A stretch of 64,000 nucleotides of DNA, taken from contig JAWXAQ010000027.1 in the NCBI GenBank assembly GCA_034439575.1, positions 32,001 to 96,000 on the forward strand, in the 5' to 3' direction. The notes beneath the pieces were generated by a model, which did no database searches, was not told the DNA's origin, and saw nothing but the letters and a program-made list of their open reading frames with translations. The position numbers were made by a program, and so were the translations under genes. This document shows positions 1-10,300 of this stretch, piece after piece. Numbering within the stretch: position 1 is the stretch's first letter; every line of letters starts with the position of its first letter. The stretch comes from Leptospira sp. Lineage in GTDB: Bacteria; Spirochaetota; Leptospiria; Leptospirales; Leptospiraceae.

Positions 1-2
1 TT

Positions 3-449
3 CATGATACGCTTGTTCGTCGAGATGAATTTGGCGTTTGGAAATTTTGGGAAGAAATTAAAGATAAGCACAATTACGCATATGAATTTAAATTTGGACA
101 TGGATTAGGTGTTTTAGCACTCGGCCCTTCAGATTTTGTTTCCATGCTTTCTACTCTTGAAAAAGAAATCGGTCTCGATGAATTATTTTTACCAGCCGGT
201 GAGAGAAATGAGTGGTTATATAATTATAGAATCATGAAAAATGATTTGGAAATGGAAAAGGAAAGTCATAGGCAAACACAGGCTATTTTTTCTCAATTTC
301 GCGATATAGATATGGTCGCGATTGCAAAGGAAAGAAACGATTTACAATTTGTGCTAAATGACCTCAAAAAACGAAGATCATTCCAAATATACTCTTTGCC
401 ATTTGCAATATGGTCTAAAATTAAAAAATTCACAGGTCTTAATACATAA
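3..449 (+). CDS. Class I SAM-dependent methyltransferase (Methyltransf_24-like), 5'-truncated, with C-terminal coiled-coil-like tail
   Basis: The frame is open from base 3 upstream of the track's Met at 144: HDTLVRRDEFGVWKFWEEIK...YEFKFGHGLGVL, which resembles the C-terminal half of Methyltransf_24 enzymes of glycan loci. Confidence 0.65.
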   Translation, partial: HDTLVRRDEFGVWKFWEEIKDKHNYAYEFKFGHGLGVLALGPSDFVSMLSTLEKEIGLDELFLPAGERNEWLYNYRIMKNDLEMEKESHRQTQAIFSQFRDIDMVAIAKERNDLQFVLNDLKKRRSFQIYSLPFAIWSKIKKFTGLNT

Positions 450-493
450 TTAGTTGCAAACTTGCATTTAATTATAAAATACTTTTATCTCTT

Positions 494-2008
494 ATGTCAA
501 AAATGTTAGTAAAACTTTTAAAATTGATTTTTGATCATCGAATATTTCTTGCTATTAAGTTTCGTTTTTTCGAAAGTTTGGTGGAGAGATTGAGTGATCA
601 TAGTCTGCGCCATGTTCATTTGAGTGCCGCAATTTTTCAATCTTATGATATATTTGAAAATTTGATGAATCGAATTATTCCTCCTGAAAATTCGCATATA
701 AAATTTTTTCTCAAACCATACTTTGTTAATTTAATATCAGTATATGCTAGGGAAAAAAAGACTCCCCTAAATTTACATCAAGATATTGCAAATCTTTTGA
801 TCAGCAAAGATTATCCAAGTTTGGCGACAAAAAAAAATCTTGTCAGACTTGAGGAGCAAGTAGAAATTCTAGGAAGAAAAAAGATTTTATTTATCACTAA
901 TATGTATCCGTCGGTCCTTCACGGAGGTGGTTTACGTATATTTGATATCATAAATGCTCTATCTGCAAACTATGATATTTATTTATTTTCAACATTCGTT
1001 CCTACAATTGATCAAACCTCACATGATTTTTTAGGACCAAAAATAAAAGAATTTTATTTTATGGATGTCGATGATTTTTCATCGGATTTATTTATCAACT
1101 GGATGAATTTCTTGAATCTTCCGGCTAACTTTTTTGATGCGACACATTTGGAGTATCATAAATCAATTGAACTTCTCGACGCTGCGAAAGTATATTCTAA
1201 AAAAATAATATTTACATACATGGAGTGTTTATCGCTTTCATATTTTATTAAATTTATTTCATTTCCTGATTTAACTCTAATTTACTTTGCTGATTATTTA
1301 AATAAATTTATTGAATTGGCATTAGTCGAAAAGTATGCATTAGAAAATTGCGATGAAGCAATCGCAGTCACAGATTTTGATGCTGAATTTATATCAAAAT
1401 TTAGCAGTCATGCACCTAGAGTTATCAATCACTGTGTTTCTGATTATTCCATTTGGAGTCGACTCGAATCAGCAAAATATGAATCTATAGAAAATTCCGT
1501 ATGTTTTGTGGCAAATTTTCAACATCCACCTAATATTGATGCTATGCTTTGGTATTTAAAAGAAGTTCATCCTTTAGTATTAAATGTTATCCCTGATTAC
1601 AAAGTAATTATAGTTGGATCTGGTGATACTATGGAATTAAAAAAGCTTTCCAAAGATAATCCGAATATAATTTATACTGGTTATGTGGAAGATATTGTTC
1701 CTTTTATTCTATCTTCAACAATTTGTATTTCACCGTTAATTTCAGGTGCCGGATTACGTGGCAAAGTAAACCAGTATGCTGCCTGTAAAAAAGCATCAGT
1801 AAATACCACCATTAGTTTGCGGGGTCTGCCATTCACACATATGAAAGATACTTTGTTAGCCGATGAGCCTCAAGATTTTGCTAATGCAGTCATTAAATTG
1901 TTAACAGAAAAAGATTTTCGTCAATTCATTGAAGAAAAGGCTTATCAAATTGTAAAAACTCACTTCTCGTGGGATAGTAAAATTAAAGAATTGGAAAGTT
2001 TGTATTAA
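494..2008 (+). CDS. Glycosyltransferase family 4 (GT-B)
   Basis: HGGGLRI N-terminal motif; FVANFQHPPNIDA; PLISGAGLRGKV...YAA C-terminal GT4 signature. Confidence 0.85.
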   Translation: MSKMLVKLLKLIFDHRIFLAIKFRFFESLVERLSDHSLRHVHLSAAIFQSYDIFENLMNRIIPPENSHIKFFLKPYFVNLISVYAREKKTPLNLHQDIANLLISKDYPSLATKKNLVRLEEQVEILGRKKILFITNMYPSVLHGGGLRIFDIINALSANYDIYLFSTFVPTIDQTSHDFLGPKIKEFYFMDVDDFSSDLFINWMNFLNLPANFFDATHLEYHKSIELLDAAKVYSKKIIFTYMECLSLSYFIKFISFPDLTLIYFADYLNKFIELALVEKYALENCDEAIAVTDFDAEFISKFSSHAPRVINHCVSDYSIWSRLESAKYESIENSVCFVANFQHPPNIDAMLWYLKEVHPLVLNVIPDYKVIIVGSGDTMELKKLSKDNPNIIYTGYVEDIVPFILSSTICISPLISGAGLRGKVNQYAACKKASVNTTISLRGLPFTHMKDTLLADEPQDFANAVIKLLTEKDFRQFIEEKAYQIVKTHFSWDSKIKELESLY

Positions 2009-2014
2009 AATTAA

Positions 2015-2773
2015 ATGTATTTTGGAATTTATCTTCAATTTAGCAATGGAAATAAATACAATGGCGAAGATCAATTTAGAGATATACTCAAGAAAATTAC
2101 GGGTCAAGTTGTTCCTGTCATAATTGTCGAAAACAATCACCAAAATAAAAATTTAGATGAAAGAGCAATCTTAGGAAATAATTCTGAGAGAGAATTTTCC
2201 GGATACCAAACTGGTCTTGAATATCTAAAATCAGAATTTAATCTTGATGAAAATACAGTTCTTTTTTTTGCAAATGATACATTTAATGTGAACTATGCGG
2301 GAGATCAATACTTAGAATTATTTTTATTACCAGAAGTAATTTCAAATATACACAAAGGTAATTTTGTAGGTTATGTTGATAGATTAGCAGAAGATGTTTC
2401 GCTACTTGGACGAAAGGGGAATCAGTGGATTCGGACAAGTTTTTTTTCCATAAGTTATGGTTATTTAAATCGCATATTACCGTTTGGAAAAGGCTTTGCA
2501 TCTGATCATTTATTTTCCAATAAAGACAAAGAATTTTTTTCCGATTCAAATGAAATCAGTGAAAATTATAAAGAATTTTTGCGATCTTGGCTTTTTGGAG
2601 AAAAAAATAAGTTTCCTTCTGAAGTGAAGTGGCATTCTGCAAAGAACTTAACGAAAGCAAATTTTTCTGGGTTCAAAATCAAAGCACAATGCATTTTTTC
2701 AGAATTTTTATTATCACAGGATGCATTACTTTCTGACGTAAAATTCGTAGATGTAAGAAATATTAAATTATAA
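2015..2773 (+). CDS. Hypothetical protein, possibly RgpF-like/GT-A-related glycan enzyme
   Basis: 252-aa ORF translationally coupled to the next gene (TAATG); motifs GNNSEREFSGY, FANDTF, WIRTSFF loosely resemble the RgpF-type N-x-G-x-DF / NDS / QSxF pattern. Confidence 0.45.
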   Translation: MYFGIYLQFSNGNKYNGEDQFRDILKKITGQVVPVIIVENNHQNKNLDERAILGNNSEREFSGYQTGLEYLKSEFNLDENTVLFFANDTFNVNYAGDQYLELFLLPEVISNIHKGNFVGYVDRLAEDVSLLGRKGNQWIRTSFFSISYGYLNRILPFGKGFASDHLFSNKDKEFFSDSNEISENYKEFLRSWLFGEKNKFPSEVKWHSAKNLTKANFSGFKIKAQCIFSEFLLSQDALLSDVKFVDVRNIKL

Positions 2774-4179
2774 TGTTATTTAGTTCAATATTGTTTTTAT
2801 TCTTATTTTTCCCTTTAGTATTAGGTGGGTATTATCTAATTCGAAAAGAATTCAAAAATCATTTTTTGCTTTTTGTAAGTTTGATTTTTTATGCATGGGG
2901 GGAACCAAAATATATTCTCATCATGTTCTTATCCATCTTTTTGAATTATTATTTAGCAATTCTCATTGAAAAATCAAAAAGTATTTATATTCTTATTTTC
3001 ACTGTTATAATTAATTTACTGATTCTTGGTTTTTTTAAATATTTAAATTTTCTATTTGGGATTATCAATCAAGTATTTGAAATTCCTAGACTCTATTCAT
3101 TTTCTGAACGTATAGTCTTACCGATTGGGATCTCCTTTTTTACATTTCAAGCTATGTCATATTGTATTGATGTGTATTATGGAAGAGTTAGTGCCCAAAA
3201 AAATCTGTCGAAAGTCGCACTATATATTTCTTTCTTTCCACAATTGATCGCTGGACCAATCGTTCGTTATATTGATATTAGCCGCGAAATAGATAATAGA
3301 AATGAATCATTTGATGAATTTGTTTTGGGATTACGAAGGTTTATAATTGGTTTATCAAAAAAGGTTCTGATTGCAAATGTGTTAGCTGTCGGGGCAGATA
3401 GAGCTTTCCAAACAGAACCGAGCGAATTGAATATTTCTTTTGCTTTGATCGGCGCTTTGTTTTATACCTTTCAAATATTTTTTGATTTTTCAGGATATTC
3501 CGATATGGCTATAGGCCTTGGGAGAATGTTTGGTTTTCGCTTTTTAGAAAATTTCAATTCACCTTATTCCGCGCTTTCGCTTCGTGATTTTTGGCGTAGA
3601 TGGCATATTTCTTTATCCTCCTGGTTTCGTGATTATTTGTATTTACCATTAGGTGGAAATAGAAATGGAAATTATCGAACCTGGTTCAATTTAGTTATCG
3701 TATTTTTGTTATGTGGTCTATGGCATGGTGCGAATTGGACATTTATCGTTTGGGGACTTTGGCATGGTGTATTTCTTGTTTTAGAGAGAACGCAATTTGG
3801 AAAGTGGTTAGATATGACCCCACAAATCTTACAGAGAACTTATGCTTTAGTTGTCATTATGGTTGGTTGGGTATTTTTTAGATCAAATTCATTGGAACAT
3901 GCTGTATCCTATTTGTCTGCAATCTTAGTGATAGATTCTGAATTCACAAGAGATCACATTCTCAATTATATCAATAATGAAGTGATCGTATGCATCATCT
4001 TTGCGATTATTTTATCCTCTGAAGAAATGAAAGGTTATTTAAAAAGAGTATTTGATAGATTACAAAATAAAGTCATTAGTGAAGGAATCATTAATTTTGC
4101 ATTATTGCTTTTGTTCTTTTTTTCTTGTACTAAATTAGCACTAGGTACTTATAACCCTTTTATCTATTTCCGATTTTGA
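2773..4179 (+). CDS. algI: MBOAT family O-acyltransferase (AlgI/PatA-like)
   Basis: MLFSS..FLFLF start; LPIGISFFTFQ, FFPQLIAGPIVRY, DFSGYSDMAIG, FWRRWHISLSSWFRDY, GLWHGA; NPFIYFRF end. Confidence 0.93.
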   Translation: MLFSSILFLFLFFPLVLGGYYLIRKEFKNHFLLFVSLIFYAWGEPKYILIMFLSIFLNYYLAILIEKSKSIYILIFTVIINLLILGFFKYLNFLFGIINQVFEIPRLYSFSERIVLPIGISFFTFQAMSYCIDVYYGRVSAQKNLSKVALYISFFPQLIAGPIVRYIDISREIDNRNESFDEFVLGLRRFIIGLSKKVLIANVLAVGADRAFQTEPSELNISFALIGALFYTFQIFFDFSGYSDMAIGLGRMFGFRFLENFNSPYSALSLRDFWRRWHISLSSWFRDYLYLPLGGNRNGNYRTWFNLVIVFLLCGLWHGANWTFIVWGLWHGVFLVLERTQFGKWLDMTPQILQRTYALVVIMVGWVFFRSNSLEHAVSYLSAILVIDSEFTRDHILNYINNEVIVCIIFAIILSSEEMKGYLKRVFDRLQNKVISEGIINFALLLLFFFSCTKLALGTYNPFIYFRF

Positions 4180-5309
4180 TTATGAAGTACTACACTAATT
4201 TAATATTTGTTATCCTATTCTGTTTTCTAGTCTCATTGCATTATATAAATTTATTCATTCCTTTCGAACCAAAAATAAATTTAACTGAAAATAGAATCTC
4301 AAAACAAATGCCCACATTTGAAGGAAGTTATTCGAAGTTCATTCGAGAATATGAAGCGTATTTCAATGACCATTTTGGATTTAGGAATTTTTTTGTTTAT
4401 TCAGGTAATTATTTATTAATAAAAATATTTAATCAATCGTCTTCAGATAAGGTAATTCTAGGTAAAAACAAATGGTTGTTTTTTGCAGGTGAGGATGGTG
4501 CTTTTCATTTTAAAGAAAAGGATTATGATAAGGAAAAATTTGAATTACTTTATCAAAAACTTGATAATTGGGTAAAATATTTCAATGAATCAAAAATACC
4601 CTTTCTATTTTTTATAGCTCCCGATAAACAATCAGTTTACGGTGAGTATTTAAAAGAGCCACAAAGTGAATGGGCAAAAAACAAAAACCTGCCAATCATA
4701 TCACGCGAATTGGAAATCAGAATACCAGGTAACTTTATCAATTCATTAACTTTGTTAAATGAATTTAAAAATTCCAATAAAAAATTATATTTCAAAGCAG
4801 ACTCTCATTGGAATGATACTGGAGCACATTTTGTATACTCTAATGCGATAGACAAACTCAAAACATATCCTTCACTCAAAAATTTACCACAGCTTACTTT
4901 TGATCATATCAGGGTTGTTAAACAGAGATACACGGGAGATTTAATTCGCATTTTTTGGGGTATTGCCGATTTATATGATGAAGATGAATACTTTTTCATC
5001 GGTCCATCAAAGCTATCAATTAAAATTGAATCTATTGCCAATGATTACAAAGGTATTCCCATAATGAATGAATTCCTAACAGCAACAAACCCTAATTTAA
5101 AAACGCAAGGAAAAACACTCGTTGCCATTCGAGATTCTCAATTTATACCGATGATTTATTTTTTTGCAGAGTCTTTCCATAGAGTTATTTTAATCAATGT
5201 TTGGGAAGACAAAGAAACAATTCGAAAGATCATTGAGATGGAAAAGCCGGATGCTGTGATTTTTGAGTCCGTTGAACGTGGGTTAGTGAAATTTTTGGAT
5301 AAAATGTAG
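4176..5309 (+). CDS. AlgJ/AlgX-like SGNH O-acetyltransferase
   Basis: N-terminal membrane anchor; YFNDHFGFR, GKNKWLF, APDK, DSHWN catalytic motif, RDS; follows algI. ATG at 4182 is an alternative start. Confidence 0.85.
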   Translation: MIMKYYTNLIFVILFCFLVSLHYINLFIPFEPKINLTENRISKQMPTFEGSYSKFIREYEAYFNDHFGFRNFFVYSGNYLLIKIFNQSSSDKVILGKNKWLFFAGEDGAFHFKEKDYDKEKFELLYQKLDNWVKYFNESKIPFLFFIAPDKQSVYGEYLKEPQSEWAKNKNLPIISRELEIRIPGNFINSLTLLNEFKNSNKKLYFKADSHWNDTGAHFVYSNAIDKLKTYPSLKNLPQLTFDHIRVVKQRYTGDLIRIFWGIADLYDEDEYFFIGPSKLSIKIESIANDYKGIPIMNEFLTATNPNLKTQGKTLVAIRDSQFIPMIYFFAESFHRVILINVWEDKETIRKIIEMEKPDAVIFESVERGLVKFLDKM

Positions 5310-5313
5310 AAAA

Positions 5314-6441
5314 ATGAAAATTCCATTCGTAGATCTCAATAAACAATATATCACATTAAAGACAGAAGTAGATTTCGCTATAAATTCTGTAATAGAAAAA
5401 CAGGCTTTTATTGGCGGGGAATTTAATCAGATTTTTGAAGAATCGTTTGCTAATAAAAACAAATCAAAATTTTGTATTGGAGTCGGAAATGGAACTGATG
5501 CAATATTTATCGCACTTCGATCATTAGGAATCGGAAAAGGGGATTATGTTATAACGGCCGCAAATTCTTTTATTGCGAGTTCAGAAGCGATAACTCTTGC
5601 AGGCGCTCAGCCATTGTTTGTTGATTGTAATGAACATGATTTTTTAATAAATATAGATCAGATCGAAAATATATTATTAAATCACATTGATAAAGAAAAA
5701 ATTAAAGCAATAATTCCAGTTCATTTATATGGACAATTAGTTGATATGAATAAACTTATGACTCTCGCAAAAAAGTATTCTCTTCATGTGATAGAAGATT
5801 GTGCCCAAGCACACTTTTCGACAGATAATAAAAAATATGCGGGGACATTCGGAACTGCTGGAACTTTCAGCTTTTATCCAGGAAAAAATTTAGGTGCATA
5901 TGGTGACGCTGGTGCTGTCATTACAGACGATGAATTGCTTGCAAAACGAATTCGAATGTATGCTAATCATGGCCGAATTGCAAAATATGATCACGAAATT
6001 GAAGGAACAAATAGTCGCTTGGATGGATTGCAAGCGGCAGTATTAAGTGTTAAGTTAAAGTATATTGACTCATGGAATAAGGCAAGGTATAACGCCGCTA
6101 AGAAATATAACGAATATTTAACGGGTGAAGATAATATTATATTGCCAAATATTCCATTAGAAGGTTCGCATGTGTTTCATTTATATACGATTCGAACAAA
6201 AGTTCGAACGGAATTACAAAAATATTTGGCTAACAAAGGAATCTCTACAGGTGTACATTATCCGATCGCATTGCCAAATCTTAAAGCTTACCAATATTTG
6301 AATCATGCACCTTCTGATTTTCCGAATGCTAGTTTACTCCAAAATGAAATTTTGAGCCTTCCTATATTTCCTGAAATTACGGAAGAACAATTGGCATACG
6401 TATCAGATTCAATTCGAGATTTTTATAGAAATTATCAATAA
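5314..6441 (+). CDS. DegT/DnrJ/EryC1/StrS PLP aminotransferase (WbpE-like)
   Basis: GNGTDA, PVHLYGQ, IEDCAQAH, SFYPGKNLGAYGDAG, NSRLDGLQAA. Confidence 0.92.
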   Translation: MKIPFVDLNKQYITLKTEVDFAINSVIEKQAFIGGEFNQIFEESFANKNKSKFCIGVGNGTDAIFIALRSLGIGKGDYVITAANSFIASSEAITLAGAQPLFVDCNEHDFLINIDQIENILLNHIDKEKIKAIIPVHLYGQLVDMNKLMTLAKKYSLHVIEDCAQAHFSTDNKKYAGTFGTAGTFSFYPGKNLGAYGDAGAVITDDELLAKRIRMYANHGRIAKYDHEIEGTNSRLDGLQAAVLSVKLKYIDSWNKARYNAAKKYNEYLTGEDNIILPNIPLEGSHVFHLYTIRTKVRTELQKYLANKGISTGVHYPIALPNLKAYQYLNHAPSDFPNASLLQNEILSLPIFPEITEEQLAYVSDSIRDFYRNYQ

Positions 6442-6455
6442 CTTAAGGCGATAAA

Positions 6456-7412
6456 ATGTACAGAAAAAAAACAATAGCAATTGTTATTCCAGCATATAAT
6501 GAAGCTAAATTAATTAAACCTACTTTAGAGAACGTTCCTAAAATAGTCGATATGGTATTTGTTGTAGATGATTGTAGTCCTGATAATCAAAATGAAGTTA
6601 TATTAGAAATAGCTAAAAAAGATAAACGCATTCAATTAATAAAACATATAACTAATCAAGGTCCTGGAGGTTCAATAATATCGGGCTATCTTGCATCTAG
6701 CAAGGCGGGCATTGATATAACGGTAGTAGTCGGTGGGGATAATCAAATGGATTTAAGTGAAGTTACGAACTTTCTTGATCCAATCATTGATGGTAAAGCT
6801 GATTATGCGAAAGGAAACAGATTTCTTTTAAATCGTTTGGAGGATACACTTCAAAAAATGCCTAGGTTGCGTCTAATCGGAAATATTCTAATTACCGCAT
6901 TAACTAAGATAGCTTCCGGCTATTATAAAACCATGGACGTAGTAGATGGTTACACCGCAATTAGTCGACGTGCCATTGATACAATTAATTGGGATCGCGC
7001 TTGGAAAAAGTATGGCTATCCAATGGATTTTCTAATTAGACTAAATGCATATGGATTTAAAATTATAGATATTCCAAGGACTGCTATCTATTTAGCGGGT
7101 GAAAGACAATCACAGATTAAAGGATTTAGCTATTTTATTAAAGTGTCTCCTATGTTGTTACGTGGTTTTTTTTGGAGATTAAGATTTAAATATATATTTA
7201 TCGATTTTCATCCTTTAGTGTTCTTTTATTATCTTTCATTTTTACTTTTACCAATCGGCATGCTAATATCATTTACATTAATTTTAAATCATTTGTTTTT
7301 TAGTGGAAGTTTTGTGAATGCTACGCGAGCTATTCTCGCTTCTTCTCTACTTATTGCTGGATTTCAATTTCTTCTTTTCGCTATGTTATTTGATATGGAA
7401 GAAGGTAAATGA
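6456..7412 (+). CDS. Glycosyltransferase family 2, DPM1/polyprenol-phosphate type, with C-terminal TM helices
   Basis: IPAYNE, VDDCSPD, NQGPG, GDNQMD, KGNRF; hydrophobic C-terminus. Confidence 0.85.
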   Translation: MYRKKTIAIVIPAYNEAKLIKPTLENVPKIVDMVFVVDDCSPDNQNEVILEIAKKDKRIQLIKHITNQGPGGSIISGYLASSKAGIDITVVVGGDNQMDLSEVTNFLDPIIDGKADYAKGNRFLLNRLEDTLQKMPRLRLIGNILITALTKIASGYYKTMDVVDGYTAISRRAIDTINWDRAWKKYGYPMDFLIRLNAYGFKIIDIPRTAIYLAGERQSQIKGFSYFIKVSPMLLRGFFWRLRFKYIFIDFHPLVFFYYLSFLLLPIGMLISFTLILNHLFFSGSFVNATRAILASSLLIAGFQFLLFAMLFDMEEGK

Positions 7413-8482
7413 GTTTAAGGGCCTTAAATTTTGCTATAGTCGGTTGTGGTCGCATTGCTATTCGGCATTCTGAATTACTCGGTGGTTCCCAAATTCAAAA
7501 TGCTAAGTTAATTGCCGTTTGTGACATTTCAATAGATCGTGCAAAGTTGTTAGGTGAAAAATTCAATGTACCATATTTTGAAATTATGGAAGATATGTTG
7601 GAGAAGCATCCGGAAATTGATGTAGTATCAATTTTAACTCCGAGTGGCCTCCACGCAGAACATGCATTAAGGATAGCTAAGTATAAAAAGCATATCGTTG
7701 TTGAAAAACCCATGGCATTAACTTTGGATGATGCAGATAATATGATTCGCTCAAGTGATGAGAATGGAACAAAATTGTTCGTTGTAAAACAAAATAGATT
7801 CAATGTTCCTGTTCAAAAATTAAAACAAACAATAGAAAATGGTCGTTTCGGTAAGTTAGTACTTGGCACTATTCGAGTGAGATGGTGCCGGACACAAGAA
7901 TACTATGATCAAGATTCATGGAGAGGAACTTGGGAATTTGATGGAGGCGTCATCACTAATCAAGCGAGTCATCATATTGATTTATTGGAATGGTTAATGG
8001 GTGATGTTGAAAGTGTATTTGCAAAAGGAAGAACGGCACTTGTGAATATTGAAACTGAAGATACTGTCGTTGCAACAGTAAAATTCAAGGATGGCTCTTT
8101 GGGAATTATTGAAGCTACAACCGCAGCAAGACCAAAAGATTTAGAAGGTTCAGTATCAATTCTTGGCGAGAACGGTTCGGTTATTATTGGTGGATTTGCT
8201 GTAAATGAATTACAAGTTTGGAATTTTAAAGATGAATTAGAAGAGGATAAAACTATTTATGAAAAATTTTCAGTTAATCCTCCGAATGTTTATGGTTTCG
8301 GACATAAAGCATATTACGAACATGTAATAGATTGTATTCTTAACAATACATCAGCTTTAGTAGATGGGCTTGAAGGTAGAAAAAGTTTGGAATTAATCAC
8401 CGCTCTTTATGAATCGATAGAAACTGGAAAAGAAGTTTATTTAAGATTCAAACCAGAAAAATGTAAACTAGGGCAACGTTAA
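7409..8482 (+). CDS. Gfo/Idh/MocA oxidoreductase (WbpB/WlbA-like sugar 3-dehydrogenase)
   Basis: GCGRIA, TPSGLH, VEKPMA, VKQNRFN, WRGTW..DGG..NQASHHIDLL. Confidence 0.88.
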   Translation: MSLRALNFAIVGCGRIAIRHSELLGGSQIQNAKLIAVCDISIDRAKLLGEKFNVPYFEIMEDMLEKHPEIDVVSILTPSGLHAEHALRIAKYKKHIVVEKPMALTLDDADNMIRSSDENGTKLFVVKQNRFNVPVQKLKQTIENGRFGKLVLGTIRVRWCRTQEYYDQDSWRGTWEFDGGVITNQASHHIDLLEWLMGDVESVFAKGRTALVNIETEDTVVATVKFKDGSLGIIEATTAARPKDLEGSVSILGENGSVIIGGFAVNELQVWNFKDELEEDKTIYEKFSVNPPNVYGFGHKAYYEHVIDCILNNTSALVDGLEGRKSLELITALYESIETGKEVYLRFKPEKCKLGQR

Positions 8483-8501
8483 AACAATATTATTTGATTG
8501 T

Positions 8502-9671
8502 ATGAATATATCCGAATTACAAAAAAAATATGAGACTTTGCGAAAAGTCAAACACAGTTGTCAGCGATGTTTATGTGATAATACAATCTCTTCGATATCA
8601 TATGATGAAAATGGAATTTGTAATTATTGCAAGAGACATGATCTTTTAACTAAAGAATTTAATGATGATAGTGAAAATTCTAAAAATTTAAAAAAATTAG
8701 TTCAAAAAATAAAACAAGATGGTCAAAAAAAAGAATATGATTGCATTGTAGGTGTTAGTGGTGGCACTGATAGTAGTTATACTTTACATTTGGCTTTGCA
8801 ACTTGGATTAAGACCTTTAGCTGTACACTTTGATAATGGATGGAATACAATACAATCTGTAAGTAATGTTAAAGCTATCACAGATAAGTTGCAAGTGGAT
8901 TTGGAGACATACGTTGTAGAATGGGAAGAATTCAAAGATATTCAACTATCTTTTCTCAAAGCTTCAGTTCCATGCATAGAAGTTCCAACAGATGTTGGTA
9001 TATTTGCTGTACTTTATAAAATAGCTAATCAAGAAAACATTAAATATATATTAGGTGGTCAATCCTTTAAAACAGAAGGTACAGTTCCAAAGGAATGGAG
9101 TTATATCGATGGAACTTATGTTTCTACGATTCAAAAAAAATTCGGTTCTAAGAAAATAAAATCTTACCCTAATTTATCGCTTGTTAAGTTATTTTATTAT
9201 ATTTTTCTAAAGAAAATACAAATTATACCTATTTTAAATTATGTTGATTATGAAAAAACTAAAGCAAAAGATCTATTAAGAGAAATTTATAAATGGCAGG
9301 ACTATGATGGTCACCATTATGAAAATATATATTCTAAATTTGCATTTGGTTGGTATCAATTTTATAAATTTGGAATCGATAAGCGTAAAATATCATATTC
9401 AGGACCCATAAGATCAGGTATTATGAATCGCAGCGAAGGAATTAAAAAAATTTCCGAAGCTCCACATGTAGGACAAGAAACTGTCGACTATGTTATAAAT
9501 AAATTAGGAATTTCCGAAGCGGAATTTATTGGTTTTTATGATAATAAGAATAAGACTTATAAAGATTTTTTTACAAGCGAATCTATATTGATTTATTTTA
9601 AACCAATCATTTATCTTTTAATGAAATTGAATATGATAAACCAAGTTTTATATAGAAAGTATTTCAGTTAG
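8502..9671 (+). CDS. N-acetyl sugar amidotransferase (WbpG/WbuX-like)
   Basis: CxxC...CNYC N-terminus, PP-loop VGVSGGTDSS, HFDNGWN, GHHYEN; adjacent to hisH/hisF paralogs. Confidence 0.88.
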   Translation: MNISELQKKYETLRKVKHSCQRCLCDNTISSISYDENGICNYCKRHDLLTKEFNDDSENSKNLKKLVQKIKQDGQKKEYDCIVGVSGGTDSSYTLHLALQLGLRPLAVHFDNGWNTIQSVSNVKAITDKLQVDLETYVVEWEEFKDIQLSFLKASVPCIEVPTDVGIFAVLYKIANQENIKYILGGQSFKTEGTVPKEWSYIDGTYVSTIQKKFGSKKIKSYPNLSLVKLFYYIFLKKIQIIPILNYVDYEKTKAKDLLREIYKWQDYDGHHYENIYSKFAFGWYQFYKFGIDKRKISYSGPIRSGIMNRSEGIKKISEAPHVGQETVDYVINKLGISEAEFIGFYDNKNKTYKDFFTSESILIYFKPIIYLLMKLNMINQVLYRKYFS

Positions 9672-9685
9672 TCTAATATAATAAA

Positions 9686-10300
9686 ATGATTTTGATTCTC
9701 GATTATGGGATGGGAAACCTGCGATCCGTACAGATGAAAATTCAAATGTTGAATTTTCAAGCAAGCATTAGTCGGGACATAAATTCTATTCTTGCCGCCG
9801 ACAAATTGATTCTACCAGGTGTGGGTCATTTTGCTGAAGGAATGAAAAATATAAAAGAATTTGGAATATTGGATGCTTTACATGAAGCAGTTATATATAA
9901 AAAAATTCCAATTTTAGGAATATGCTTGGGAATGCAACTCCTCACCAGTTTCAGTGAGGAGGGAAGTGTTTCAGGTTTGGGGTGGATTGACGCATCTACA
10001 AATAAAATTATTTCAAAAAGTACGGAAGATTTAAGAATTCCGCATGTCGGATGGAATAAAGTTAGTCAAGTAAACAAATCAATTCTATTTGATAATATAG
10101 AAAATGATACCCGATTTTATTTTACCCACACATATGCTGTTCAATGTCACAATAAAGAAGATTCTATAGGTGAAACACTCTATGGAGATAAATTTACTTC
10201 CGTAATTCAAAAAGATAATATATATGGAACTCAATTTCATCCTGAAAAAAGTCATATGACTGGTTTAAAACTCATTCAAAATTTTTTAGAGAAATCTTGA
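9686..10300 (+). CDS. hisH: Glutamine amidotransferase subunit, LPS-type HisH paralog (WbuY-like)
   Basis: DYGMGNL, LPGVG, GICLGMQ, PHVGWN, QFHPEKS catalytic triad motifs. Confidence 0.9.
   Translation: MILILDYGMGNLRSVQMKIQMLNFQASISRDINSILAADKLILPGVGHFAEGMKNIKEFGILDALHEAVIYKKIPILGICLGMQLLTSFSEEGSVSGLGWIDASTNKIISKSTEDLRIPHVGWNKVSQVNKSILFDNIENDTRFYFTHTYAVQCHNKEDSIGETLYGDKFTSVIQKDNIYGTQFHPEKSHMTGLKLIQNFLEKS

Noticed and set aside
829-837. A8-A9 and T8-T9 homopolymers (e.g. 829-837, 41950-41958) as phase-variation sites
   Set aside because: They are expected in such AT-rich DNA and the host ORFs are intact.
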